From: Candidatus Melainabacteria bacterium 17Bon1m
Lineage (GTDB): Bacteria > Cyanobacteriota > Vampirovibrionia > Obscuribacterales > Obscuribacteraceae
NCBI GenBank assembly: GCA_032128875.1
Contig: JAVLKG010000002.1
Coordinates: forward strand, 384,001-448,000
Direction of reading: 5' to 3'
DNA length: 64,000 nucleotides
Part shown: positions 30,468 to 41,300 of the stretch, piece by piece
How the letters are laid out: each line of letters begins with the position of its first letter
How positions within the stretch are numbered: the first letter of the stretch is position 1
Made by a program: the position numbers and the translations under genes
The notes under the pieces: model-generated
The model's database searches: none
Seen by the model: only the letters and a program-made list of their open reading frames with translations
Told to the model about the DNA's origin: nothing

Positions 30468-32996
30468 TTACTTAGCCTTTCTGAACATATCAACGATGTC
30501 TGTCGGAACCATAGTCGACGACACTACAGCGTTCTTGTCTGCCGGTAAATTAGCGGCTGGCAATGGTTGATAGTTCGAAGGAGCCTGTGCTTGGTAGGCA
30601 GCCGGTTGAATTTGGCTTTGCAGATTTGCCTGAGGCATGCCTTGCGGTGCTCCGGCTTGTGGCTGAACCATCGGTTGTTCTTGCATTTGCGGCATCTCTT
30701 GAACGTGTTGAACATTTTGGACTGGTGCGGCTTGCGCTTCCATTCCGTTGCCGCCTGCCAGTGCTTGCTGTGCGTCACCGGTAGGCACTTGAGTTGCCGA
30801 TTGAAGTGTTTGTTGACCGGCTGCTTGCGCGGTCTGACTGCCAGCACCAGCTGCGCCTTGAGCCAAGGTGTCTGCGCCATCCATGCCTGGAATGGTCAGT
30901 TCCTGACCAGGCAAGATCAGTCTCGGATTGTCGCCGATAATTGAAGCATTTGCTTGATACAGCTCGTTCCATCTGCTGCCGTCGCCGAGCAAATCTTGTG
31001 AAATCTGCCAGAGGCTGTCGCCGGATTTCACTACATAGTTGCTTGCGCCGTGGGCTGCAACATCTTGTCCCGGCAGGTTGATAGTTGTGCCCGGACGGAT
31101 GAGATCAGGATTGCTGCCCAAGATGTCTTTATTTGCATTGAAGATGTCTTGCCATTTCATCGCATCACCGAGTTGATCCTTGGCGATGTTCCAGAGGCAG
31201 TCTCCAGCGCGAATGGTGTAAGTCGACGGTGCGGCGGGCGCTCCCACTGCTTGATCGCCTGTAAGACCGGTTGCATCTTGCGGCTGTGCTTGATTGACTG
31301 CATCTTGCGGAGCCTGTTGAGACATGCTTGATGAATCGGTTTGACTGATTTTGTTGTCAGCGATTTGCTGCGGTTTGAAATCTTGAACTGGCTTGGCCAC
31401 CGGTTTTGCAATTTGATGGCTGACAGCCGGCTTGTGATATTCGACGCCAGGAAGGCTGCGGTGCGAGATACCGTCGGCTCCGTGTCCGGCGTGTGCTCCA
31501 CCAGCTTTCAATTGGTGACCTTGGTGATCCATTACAGGTTTTGCAGACTGAGCCGCATGACCAGCGTTTGACGTGGCGTTTGCTGCAGGATGTGCTGATT
31601 TGGCGCTGTCCTTCAGCGAGTCGAAAGTCAGTTGCTTAGCTTTGAGTCCTTCCATTTTGATGGACGGTTTGGCCACGCTTTGCGGAGTATTCCATTGCGA
31701 AGCGGCATCGCTTGCCGACTGAACACCTTTGTCCATGCCGCCCAGAGTCGGTCGGAAACTTTCTGAGTTGTTGTTGTATGCAAGAAGATTGTTGTTGGAT
31801 GCAGTTGAATCCATAGAAGATTGGGCGGCATCCAGGGATGACGCATCTGTGCCGGTGCCCTGACCCATTCTGTAGCTGACATTATTGTCTGCGCTCGGCA
31901 TAGAAACATCGCGCATACTGCCCGATGCACTCAGTCCGTTTCCAGACGAACCCATTCCATATGATTGATTACCGACATTCAAGGAAGAAGGCAGATTGTT
32001 GGACAACGGTACGGATTGAGAAAGATTATGACTGCCTGCGCCATTAGCGAGAGTAGGCTGCGAGTTGGTCGGCATGAAATTCGATTTTGCCGAAGCCAGA
32101 CCTGACGAAGCTTGCAATTTGTCGGAGAAAAGTCTTTGTGTTCCGCCCAGGTGCGATGCTAACTTTCCGTCGGACAATTGTGGTCCGGAAAGCATTTCGC
32201 CGTAGGCGCCGCCTTCTTGTCCTGAGAATTTGGAGCTCCACTCGAATTGTGGTTTGTTGAGATCGAGACCGCCGGCGACATTCAGCTTGTTGACGGCAAA
32301 ATGTTCAGGCGAAACATTCAAATGCGGCGCGCTGGCAAATTTGCTCGTCAGGGAATCGAATCCCATGTTGCCCATAAAATTATGTGCGCCCATTCCTCCC
32401 ATGGTCTGGAAGATCGGCGCGTTTTGCGGCAAGAAAGATAGATTGATTGCTGAGTGTTCCAATCCGGGCATTCCAGGCATGTTGGACATGCCGACTTTCA
32501 TTTGCGATCCCAGAGAACCTAAATGAGCGAAGAGTGTGTGATCAAACAAGCCAGCCAGTGGCGAGCTTCCTAAGAAGAATTGACCCAGGGCTTCGAAGAA
32601 AGAATTCATCAAGCCCATGGCGCCTGGCATACGCATGATCAATTGAATGATTGGCGAGATTGGCTCATTGGCACCGGCCAGAGCTGCAACCATCGGTGTT
32701 GCATCCATAGGAGGCGGAGCCATTGCCGCTAAGGCTTGTGCTTCCATGCCGGTTGGAGCAGGAACTGCACCTGTAAATTCAATGCCTGAAGGAAGCGCTG
32801 CGGCAGTTGTTGCATCCATAGGCGGATGGAACGAAACCTGCATTCTGCTCAAATCAACTTGTCCCAGACCGCTGCCCATTCCGGCTTCAGCGCCAGCACT
32901 GAGGCTGCCTTTCAAAAGCTCGTGTCCGGCTGCTCCGGCGAGATCGCCGCCGCCTGCTGGACTTGAGAATGATTGTGGTCGGAAGTTGAGTGACAT
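30468..32996 (-). CDS. low-complexity protein with two LysM domains
   Basis: YTIRAGDCLWNIAK...NPDLIRPG and YVVKSGDSLWQIS...NPRLILPG; remainder rich in A/G/S/M/Q. Confidence 0.85.
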   Translation of the reverse strand: MSLNFRPQSFSSPAGGGDLAGAAGHELLKGSLSAGAEAGMGSGLGQVDLSRMQVSFHPPMDATTAAALPSGIEFTGAVPAPTGMEAQALAAMAPPPMDATPMVAALAGANEPISPIIQLIMRMPGAMGLMNSFFEALGQFFLGSSPLAGLFDHTLFAHLGSLGSQMKVGMSNMPGMPGLEHSAINLSFLPQNAPIFQTMGGMGAHNFMGNMGFDSLTSKFASAPHLNVSPEHFAVNKLNVAGGLDLNKPQFEWSSKFSGQEGGAYGEMLSGPQLSDGKLASHLGGTQRLFSDKLQASSGLASAKSNFMPTNSQPTLANGAGSHNLSQSVPLSNNLPSSLNVGNQSYGMGSSGNGLSASGSMRDVSMPSADNNVSYRMGQGTGTDASSLDAAQSSMDSTASNNNLLAYNNNSESFRPTLGGMDKGVQSASDAASQWNTPQSVAKPSIKMEGLKAKQLTFDSLKDSAKSAHPAANATSNAGHAAQSAKPVMDHQGHQLKAGGAHAGHGADGISHRSLPGVEYHKPAVSHQIAKPVAKPVQDFKPQQIADNKISQTDSSSMSQQAPQDAVNQAQPQDATGLTGDQAVGAPAAPSTYTIRAGDCLWNIAKDQLGDAMKWQDIFNANKDILGSNPDLIRPGTTINLPGQDVAAHGASNYVVKSGDSLWQISQDLLGDGSRWNELYQANASIIGDNPRLILPGQELTIPGMDGADTLAQGAAGAGSQTAQAAGQQTLQSATQVPTGDAQQALAGGNGMEAQAAPVQNVQHVQEMPQMQEQPMVQPQAGAPQGMPQANLQSQIQPAAYQAQAPSNYQPLPAANLPADKNAVVSSTMVPTDIVDMFRKAK

Positions 32997-33266
32997 TTGT
33001 ACTGCTCTTCGTAAGCTGGCTCAAATGTACAACTGGGTGGGGGGGCAAGTAAATACGCTTTGTGGGAAGGCTCCCACCTCTAGCCGATTTTCGTGGTGGA
33101 ATTACGAAAGAATTTTTCAATTGGCTGTCCAAAATGTCATTTTCAGCACGCAATGCCGGTCCGATCTCATATGAGTGTTCAAGCGGTTAAAATCATGCGT
33201 ACAGAAACACGCAAATTACTGCGGTTTTAACTGATTTTGTTCAACAGGCAGGGCAGGGAGATTGAC

Positions 33267-34682
33267 ATGAAAATGACCAAGAGTGCGCGTTTGTATATAC
33301 ACGGGGCAAACCGCTTGTCTAACGCATCAATCGCCTTGCTCGGCTCATTACTTGTCTCTGGCGCATTCTCGGGCGTTTCGGCGCTGGCCGCGGACCCCAC
33401 GGATAAGCGATTTGCCACTCTTAAACCCGCTGACTCTGCAACAGCAGGTGCGGCACCGGCAGTTCCTGTCGTACCGGTCGTCAGCCCCGCTTTACAGCAA
33501 GCGTTGGCAGCATATAGCCAAAGCCCTGACCAGGCGGGCTTCGACCGCATGGTCAATGTTATGAAAGATGCCCTTTGCCTGCCTCCACTGCGCGATGCAG
33601 ATGCTTCGGTTGTGATTAAAAACCACCCTCAACTGGCTGATCTCGGCGCCCGTGCCATTGATGCCGGCGGAGCCAAAGTTTGGGCGTTCAATAAGTGCCC
33701 ATTTGCGCAGACCTGCATTATCTTGACCGGACACCCCGGTAGTCCTGCTGGCCCAGCAAAGCCAGCTATTCCAGCTGCCTATCGCGCACAGTTGCTTTCT
33801 ATGCCGCCAAACATCTCCATTTGGAGCGCAAAAATCGTCACAAAATCCAATCCAGCGCCGGTGAAAGTCGTCAAAGTCGGCAAGGGGCGCAACGCCAAAC
33901 TTGTGAAGCAAGCGGCTCCGGCAGCACCAGTAGCTGCTGTTCAAGGCGCCCCCGGTGCTCCCAAATACCTGGTAATCGCCGGCAATGACCGTTCTACCGG
34001 ATTAATCACTTTGTATGGACTGAGACCGACGGATGCCGGTTGGATAGCTGCTCCAGATCTTTTCACATCTGTGCCTCCCTTCCTGCTCTCGAGCGTGCAG
34101 GGGAAGGCTTCTTTCTCAGGCTCGGATATTGTTCTGGCAATCGCGTCCAATAAGCCGCCGGTTGAAAAAGCTGCAGCCGGCAAAGCGACTGGTCCTGCTT
34201 CAGGAAGCTACAAAATTGTTCTCAAATTTGTAAACAGCAAATATTTGCTCGAGGGTAAGGCGCCGGACGAGGGCCCAGCAATGGTGATTCACCAGTTTCT
34301 CCAAGCCGTTAAAGACGGCAAGCAAGACGTCGCTAAAGCCTGGTTGGCGGACGACCATCTGGCTTCCATTCCCAAATATTTGGGTCTCTACGGCAAGACC
34401 GATCAGGTCTACAAGCTTGTGGCTATGTCCAACCCTATGGGCGGCGGTTCGCGTTTCCGAGTAGTAACCTTTGGAAAAGACGATCTCATCCTTGACGTTG
34501 GGACCATTAGGAAGACTCTTTACGGCAAACCAGCTTCTTATGTAGCTATTAAAGCTCTATTTGTAGCCCCGCCGGATCCGTTCGCGAAAAAGCTTGTCGG
34601 GGTAACGCCGAATTTTGAGCGAATTGGCGACCCTGCACCTTCTTCAGATGCTGCGACCAATAAAATTGAGCAAAAACAATAA
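33267..34682 (+). CDS. secreted hypothetical protein
   Basis: N-terminal signal peptide (..GVSALA); Ala/Pro/Lys-rich linkers; RBS gggag. Confidence 0.75.
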   Translation: MKMTKSARLYIHGANRLSNASIALLGSLLVSGAFSGVSALAADPTDKRFATLKPADSATAGAAPAVPVVPVVSPALQQALAAYSQSPDQAGFDRMVNVMKDALCLPPLRDADASVVIKNHPQLADLGARAIDAGGAKVWAFNKCPFAQTCIILTGHPGSPAGPAKPAIPAAYRAQLLSMPPNISIWSAKIVTKSNPAPVKVVKVGKGRNAKLVKQAAPAAPVAAVQGAPGAPKYLVIAGNDRSTGLITLYGLRPTDAGWIAAPDLFTSVPPFLLSSVQGKASFSGSDIVLAIASNKPPVEKAAAGKATGPASGSYKIVLKFVNSKYLLEGKAPDEGPAMVIHQFLQAVKDGKQDVAKAWLADDHLASIPKYLGLYGKTDQVYKLVAMSNPMGGGSRFRVVTFGKDDLILDVGTIRKTLYGKPASYVAIKALFVAPPDPFAKKLVGVTPNFERIGDPAPSSDAATNKIEQKQ

Positions 34683-34775
34683 AAGAAGAGTCTTACTTAG
34701 TAAGAGATCTTGAAAAAAGAGCTGTCATTATGGGCATATAAAGGCTGAACTGCCTGATTGCAATAGGTCATCTCC

Positions 34776-36695
34776 GTGTCGTCATCGTCCGACACTCCAT
34801 TTCAAACCCTTCCTTCTCGTGATGATCAACCATCTGACGAGAAGACTTACTTTGCGCCCTCACTTTCGTTTTTAACCTATTCCTATCGCGAGACTCTCTT
34901 TGCGGAATTCGAGAGGCTGGTGGAAGCAGCAAAGCAGTTCGACGGTTTGATCATCGACCTGATGCAAACTGGTTTTTCTGTGCCTCTTGATGAATTGGTC
35001 AAGTTCAGCCTCTATGCAAAACGGTTGTTGAAACCGCAGGGCGTTTTGCTCTTCGTCAAAGCTGACGGAGCGATTACTCTGACCAAAGATGACCCGGGCG
35101 GCGGTTTGACGTTTAACGTATACGACAGCCCCTTCGGCATTTTTGCGCGGCACCCCATGCTGGCTGATTATGTTTGCGCCACTGTGTCAGGTATCGACAG
35201 GCGACGTCTGCGCGGTGGCGGAAGCACTTTGGCGAACCACATTCTCTACACTTCGACACCTGTTCTCACCGACGCAGGCCGCAAAGCAAAGGAGGGATTC
35301 AATCTTCCGGCGCCGCAAAGCTGGGTTTTGCAAATGATCGACGATTACTCGTCTGTCGAGGCAATTACTCGTACTCTCGAAGAACGCCATCATTTGCCGG
35401 CTGACGAGACCCTGCGCATGCTTCAGGAATTGGAAGCGGAAGACATTATCTTTCCGGTTTTCTCGCGCATTCAGTTTCTCTCCAATTGCTACCACAACAG
35501 AAAACCTTTCAGGCTCGGGCGTTACATGGTTGCAGCCGGTATTCTCAGTGAGTCTCAATTGCAAGAACTTCTGGAAAGACAAGAAGAAGAGGGCTGGGGC
35601 AAAGGGCAGAAGACATTCCTCGGGCTGCTTGCTGTTCGGCTTGGTTTCTTAAATACGCGCGAATTGGAAGTTTTGCTCGACGACCAATACCTTTACGGTG
35701 GCTATCACAAGAAGGCCGACTCTGAAGGTCAATCCGGTCGCAACGTAGAGACCATGCGGGATTCGATGATTGGTTCACTGGGCGCGATCGAGGCGCACGG
35801 TTTGCTTCAATCTTTGTCGACTGCTCAAAAGACGGGCTTGCTCACTGTGGAGAACCGAGACAAGGCGCTCGTTGTTTCATTTACCAACGGCAAACCGATT
35901 GCCGCCAAAATGAACCGTTTGAAGGGCATAGAAGCCATTACAGAGTTTGTTACTAGTTGGACTGAGGGTATTTTCGTATTCCGCGACAAAGGCACCTCAC
36001 AGGAGCTCGAGGAGACCTGCGAGCTGAATCGATCTTTGGACAGGATGCTGCTCGATTCAATGCTTTACAAAGACCAAGTCAATCAAATTCTGGCTCAATT
36101 GCCGACAGGGCGAAACACCATTCTCGAGCGGGTTTGGAATTTCGAGACTCTCTGGAACAAGCTGTCCACCAAGCCTTTGAAATATCTCGATGAGAGTACT
36201 GTCACCGATCGCGACAAGCAGGCGATTCAGCAGCTTGCTAATTTGATCGATGGACTCTCGACTCTCGATGAGGTGATAAAGTCGTTCGACATGTGGCCCG
36301 GTTATGCCATCATCAAGTCGGTTCACCTGCTTATTGAGCAGCGTCTGGTGAATGTGCAGCAAGCCAGCCTTTTCCGTCCTCTTTCAGTCTTCCAGCGCAT
36401 TGTCAGTGAGTTGCAAAAAACTATCGGCAGAGACGACAACAAAGCGCTCTTGCAGGCCAGTCTGCATTATGTTCATGGTGATTCCCCTGCAGCATCCCGT
36501 TTCCACATCGATCACGAGGGACGGGTGAGCGTCAACCTTGCTCAGGTCAAAACCTCGGGTACGCCGGTGTCCGCAGTTTTACTCGAACTTCGTCGCTGGA
36601 TGGAGGCGTACCTTGCGTACTGCAGGCGCCAGATCGATCCGCATATTGTCGACAATGCGGTCGCCAAGATAGTCAACGGCCAGCCGCCGCAGTAA
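34776..36695 (+). CDS. MshEN-motif plus DUF4388 (PatA-N-like) domain protein
   Basis: RLGRYMVAAGILSESQLQELLERQ...FLGLLAVRLGFL tandem motif; GSL...LLQSL...KTGLL.V...F.NG.P..A...W.EG.FVF. Confidence 0.75.
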   Translation: MSSSSDTPFQTLPSRDDQPSDEKTYFAPSLSFLTYSYRETLFAEFERLVEAAKQFDGLIIDLMQTGFSVPLDELVKFSLYAKRLLKPQGVLLFVKADGAITLTKDDPGGGLTFNVYDSPFGIFARHPMLADYVCATVSGIDRRRLRGGGSTLANHILYTSTPVLTDAGRKAKEGFNLPAPQSWVLQMIDDYSSVEAITRTLEERHHLPADETLRMLQELEAEDIIFPVFSRIQFLSNCYHNRKPFRLGRYMVAAGILSESQLQELLERQEEEGWGKGQKTFLGLLAVRLGFLNTRELEVLLDDQYLYGGYHKKADSEGQSGRNVETMRDSMIGSLGAIEAHGLLQSLSTAQKTGLLTVENRDKALVVSFTNGKPIAAKMNRLKGIEAITEFVTSWTEGIFVFRDKGTSQELEETCELNRSLDRMLLDSMLYKDQVNQILAQLPTGRNTILERVWNFETLWNKLSTKPLKYLDESTVTDRDKQAIQQLANLIDGLSTLDEVIKSFDMWPGYAIIKSVHLLIEQRLVNVQQASLFRPLSVFQRIVSELQKTIGRDDNKALLQASLHYVHGDSPAASRFHIDHEGRVSVNLAQVKTSGTPVSAVLLELRRWMEAYLAYCRRQIDPHIVDNAVAKIVNGQPPQ

Positions 36696-36776
36696 AACGT
36701 TTCAAAGCCCCATCTAGGCTTTTAGAAACAGTACAATAACGCTCTTGTTTCAAGAAGAACCAAAGAGGAAGTCCTC

Positions 36777-38366
36777 GTGAAGTACAAATTGGAATCGGCT
36801 TCGCTTTCGCAATGCCAGAGCGATTTGGTTTGTGTATTTGTTTATTCAAATGAAAGTATTGCCGACGTTTTGAAAGATGTCGATCCTGCTTTTGGTCGCA
36901 AGCTTAAGCCTTTTGTGGACATGGTCTCCACGCATGCGACTGAGGATGGTTTCAAAGGAAAAGCCAATCAAGTGCTTGTACTTCCGACATTCGGAAATCT
37001 GACAGCCAGAAGAATTTGTTTTCTTGGAGTTGGAGAAGGCAAAGATTTCACCAATGCCAATGCCAGGAAAGCCGCGGCTACACTTGTAAGACGTTTGCCC
37101 GGTGAAAGCTTTCAAGGCGAGATATCGATTTATTTCCGCCATGGTGCAGCAGGCAAAACTACAGCTAAAAAAACTGCGGTAAAACGTCAAGCAAAAACTT
37201 CCGCCGCTTCGAAATCCGCAGAGCATGGGGATGATGCAGAGATCGCTCAAGCGATTGTCGAAGGTATTCACCTGGCGTCTTACTCTTTCAAAAAGTATAA
37301 GTCGAGCAAAAATGGCGACAATAAGAAAGAAAAAACAGCCCAGACCCTCGGCTTCAGTGGTCTGTCACTGTCTGCAAAAGCGCTCGCAGATGTTTGTGCG
37401 AAGGGAGAATCGATCGCCGAATCTACCAACTTCGCACGCCGCCTAATTGCCGAGCCACCGTGCTTTATGACACCCAGTCGGCTGGCTGACGAAGCTCGTG
37501 CCGTCGGAAAGGAATTCGGTCTCACTGTCAAAGTTTTTGATGCCAAAGAAATCGAGAAGATGTCTATGGGCTCTTTTCTTGGTGTCGCCCGTGGTGCCAA
37601 AGAACCGCCTAAATTCATTGTCATTTCTTATGATGTTCCGAAAGCAAAACGAAAAGTTGCTATTGTCGGCAAAGGCATAACCTTTGATTCAGGCGGGCTT
37701 TCGCTCAAGCCGGCCCAGAGCATGGAACATATGAAATATGACATGTCTGGTGCTGCCGCCGTCATCGCGACAATGCGTGTAGTCGGTAAATTCAAACCGA
37801 ATTTTTCCGTAATGGCAGTGGTCGCCGCTACAGAAAACATGCCTGGAGACAATGCTTTGCACCCGGGCGATGTGATCAAGGCAATGAACGGCAAAACCAT
37901 TGAAGTAAACAACACTGACGCTGAAGGTCGGTTGATTCTCGCCGATGCCCTTACTTACGCTGTTAAGCAAGGTGCCGACGAGTTGATTGATATTGCTACT
38001 TTGACAGGCGCAGTAGTTACGGCCTTGGGTCGTGTCGCAGCCGGAATCATGGGTTCTGATCAGAATCTGGTCAACCAGCTCATTGAAAGTGGTGCGCGCG
38101 GTGGAGAAAAACTCTGGCAATTGCCGCTTTATGATGAATATCAGGAAAGCTTGAAGAGTGATATCGCTGATTTGAAAAACGCAGGTGCTCGCGGCGAGGC
38201 TGGAACGGCCAGCGCCGCTATGTTCCTCAAAGAGTTCACTGGAGGCAAGTCATGGGCGCATTTAGATATTGCCGGTCCAGGCTGGCTGGATCGAGATAGA
38301 GAAGAATGCAACAAAGGCGGCACCGGATTTGGTGTACGCACTCTTTGCCGATATTTGATCGGATAG
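36777..38366 (+). CDS. pepA: leucyl aminopeptidase (M17)
   Basis: GKGITFDSGG, MKYDMSGAA, NTDAEGRL, ATLTGA, HLDIAG. Confidence 0.96.
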   Translation: MKYKLESASLSQCQSDLVCVFVYSNESIADVLKDVDPAFGRKLKPFVDMVSTHATEDGFKGKANQVLVLPTFGNLTARRICFLGVGEGKDFTNANARKAAATLVRRLPGESFQGEISIYFRHGAAGKTTAKKTAVKRQAKTSAASKSAEHGDDAEIAQAIVEGIHLASYSFKKYKSSKNGDNKKEKTAQTLGFSGLSLSAKALADVCAKGESIAESTNFARRLIAEPPCFMTPSRLADEARAVGKEFGLTVKVFDAKEIEKMSMGSFLGVARGAKEPPKFIVISYDVPKAKRKVAIVGKGITFDSGGLSLKPAQSMEHMKYDMSGAAAVIATMRVVGKFKPNFSVMAVVAATENMPGDNALHPGDVIKAMNGKTIEVNNTDAEGRLILADALTYAVKQGADELIDIATLTGAVVTALGRVAAGIMGSDQNLVNQLIESGARGGEKLWQLPLYDEYQESLKSDIADLKNAGARGEAGTASAAMFLKEFTGGKSWAHLDIAGPGWLDRDREECNKGGTGFGVRTLCRYLIG

Positions 38367-38375
38367 CTGATTTAG

Positions 38376-41300
38376 CTAGGTAGAAACAACCTGCGTGATG
38401 CTGCGCATTAGCGGTATGAGCGCATCGGTGTCACGTCCGTCGCTAAGGGTCACCAGAAGTCCTCCGCCAAAATCTGCGATTACCAGGAAGCCGCGCGGTG
38501 TGCGAGCGACGACCTGATGGACGCGATTGTGGCCGATCTTCTTAATTGCAGTTTCTGTATTCATGTACACGGCAAGCGCCCAGATGCCGATGGAATCGGC
38601 TTCTATGTCCTGTGGCATAGTGTTGGCGATGAGCAAACCGTCATGCCCGATGATGATCGATCCGACAACATCAGGCGTGCCACCGATGTGGTGAAGTAGT
38701 CCTTGAATTTCGGAAGCGGCTTCCAAAGTAAGGATCTTCATCTTGGTGTCGGAAAGATCCGAAGCAGTCAATTTGCCAATCTTTTCCAGGTCTTTTTGGT
38801 CAAGCAAGAATTTGCCTATCGATGCAATTCTTCCGCTGCCGGTATCGCCGCCCTGATCTGGCTTGGCATCCAACCTTCCCAAACCTTCGATTTTGGGAGG
38901 AGGAACCGCCGCACCCATTGGATCTTGAACGGCAACGTCGCTCAGTGCTTGAACCGCTGCGGCTACATTCACTCTTTGCTGACCTGCGTTTACTTGCGTA
39001 TCTTGATCTTGAACTCCGAGATTGTCGGAGAAGATCTGATTCATCATGTTGTCGTCGACGCTAAAGAGACCAGCCTGAGCCTGAGGTGCTTGCGGCGGTG
39101 GTGCTCCAAACGGTGCGGGAGCCTGAGCCGGGGCGCCAAACGGTGCCGGTGCCGGAGCGCCAAATGGCGCTGGAGCCGGAGCGCCAAATGGCGCTGGAGC
39201 TTGCTGAGCTTGAGGCATTTGCGGCGGCTGCGGTGCTTGAGCTGGTGCTCCGAATGGAGCGCCAAAAGGTGCAGGAGCGGCAGCTTGCTGAGGAACACCG
39301 AAAGGCTGAGGCGGCGCAGCTTGACCAAATTGATCAAGTGCCTGAGGCGGCGCTCCGAAAGGAGCTGGAGCTGCTTGTTGTGGTGGCACTCCGAACGGCT
39401 GTTGTGCAAATGGCGCGGACGGTGCCTGTTGTTGCATGGGTTGTTGCATTTGCTGCTGCTGCTGCATCTGTTGCTGCATGTCTTGCTGCATTTGAGGTTG
39501 CATCTGCTGTTGCATTTGAGCTTGTGCAGGCATTTGCTGTTCGCCGGTTCCACCAACAGGCTTAGCCATTTCTTGTACTCCAAGGTTTTTGGAGAACAAG
39601 TCGTCCATGGCAGTATCGTCTAAATTGAAAAGTCCGTTCGATTTGTTTTCCGGTGCCGCCGGTGCTGCGGCAAAAGGCGCCGGTGCTGCGGCGACAGGAG
39701 CTTGACCGTTCGGCGGTATAGCCGCCGGGAAGCCGCCTGATGCACTGGGCTGTCCCCAGCCTGTAGCCGGAGGACCACCGGATGCGGTGGCAACGTTTTT
39801 CGACATTACAGGAACGATTTTCGGTTGACCCGCTCCACCAGTTGCCGGTTGCGGCATGGCAAAGGGATTGGCAGGAGCCGGTGCAGCAGGTGCACCAAAT
39901 GGCGCTGGCGGCGCCGATGCTGCTGGAGCAAATGGTTGTGGTGCAGCTTCCGGCTGTCCGAACGGAGCAGGCGGTGGTGCGCCAAAAGGTTGGACCGGTT
40001 CTGGAGTTTGCGCCGCAAATGGCATCGGAGCCGGTGCCGGCGTAGCAAACGGCTGAGGTGCTTCAGGCGCGCCAAATGGAGCCGGCGGCGGTGCGCCGAA
40101 TGGAGCAGGTGGTGCACCAAATGGAGCAGGTGCGCTTGGTGTCGCAAACGGCATAGGAGCTTCTTGAGCCGGTGCACCAAACGGTGCCGGTGGTGGTGCA
40201 GGCGCTGCAAAAGGTTGCGGCTCCGGTGCTTGCTGAGCAAATGCTGGTGCTTGCGGCTCCGGCATTGCAGGCGCAAAGGGCTGAGGATTAGAGTCTTGTC
40301 CAGGCACCGGAGGCGGGTTGAAGGGCTGACCCCATGGGTTGGCTACCGGCTCGGGAGGTGCAATCGGCAGCGACTTCATGATCGCCGGTTGTGGCGGACC
40401 TTCTTGCTTCGGCACTGCTGCCTGCGGTGAGCTTTCATTGATGCCAAGGTGCTCTGAGAATATTTTTTCGATTTCGTTATCGTCGACATTGAATAATGCG
40501 CCGCCGATTCCTGCTGCCGGTGCTTGCGGTGGTGCAGGCATTGCAGGCTGCGGAACTGGTTGTCCAGGAACAAATGCTGGTGGATTGATATTCAATCGCG
40601 AAGGCGAGCCACCTGACTGTGGCATTGCCGGTTCTGGCGGAACTCCAAATGGTTGAGCGAAAGGCTGAGGAGGAGCTGCATCAGCTTGAGGCTGTCTGTG
40701 CAATTGATCTTGTGCTTCCACGACCGGCAAATCCCAACTTGATGCTGTGATGCCTTGGTCAGCTGGAGAACCAAACGGATTTGGTGGTGCCGGCGGTGCC
40801 ATTGGTGCTGGAGCCGGTGCTGCTTGCGGAGCAGGAGGCGGCGAGCCCCAAGGTGTCGGAGCTGCTGGCTGCGGTGAAAGCGGCTCACCGACAGGTTGCG
40901 CTGTAGTTGGGGTCAGTTGCTGGGTGCGTTCTTGAATAGGAACATCCCAGCGCGGAGGGGGCGGCGAAAGTTCAGGAGCTTGCTGTTGCGAGCGATCTTG
41001 AATTGGGGTATCCCAACGATTGTCGCCTGTTGCTTTTGCTGCCGGAGCTGCCATCGGAGAGGGCATTGGCGGTGCTGCTGGTGCTGCCGCCATCGCTTCT
41101 TGCTTCATGCGCTCCTGAATTGGCATATCCCAGCGAGACTCTTCAGAGTTTTGTCCTGGAGCCGCTTGTCCTTCAGCAAGAACATTGGACAGCCTATCCA
41201 TAATTGAATCTTTTGGTATGCCTGTGCCGGCCACACCAGCTGGTGCGCTGGGCATAGCAGGGGCTTGCGGAGCCGCGCCCGCGCCAAATCCACCCGGTGC

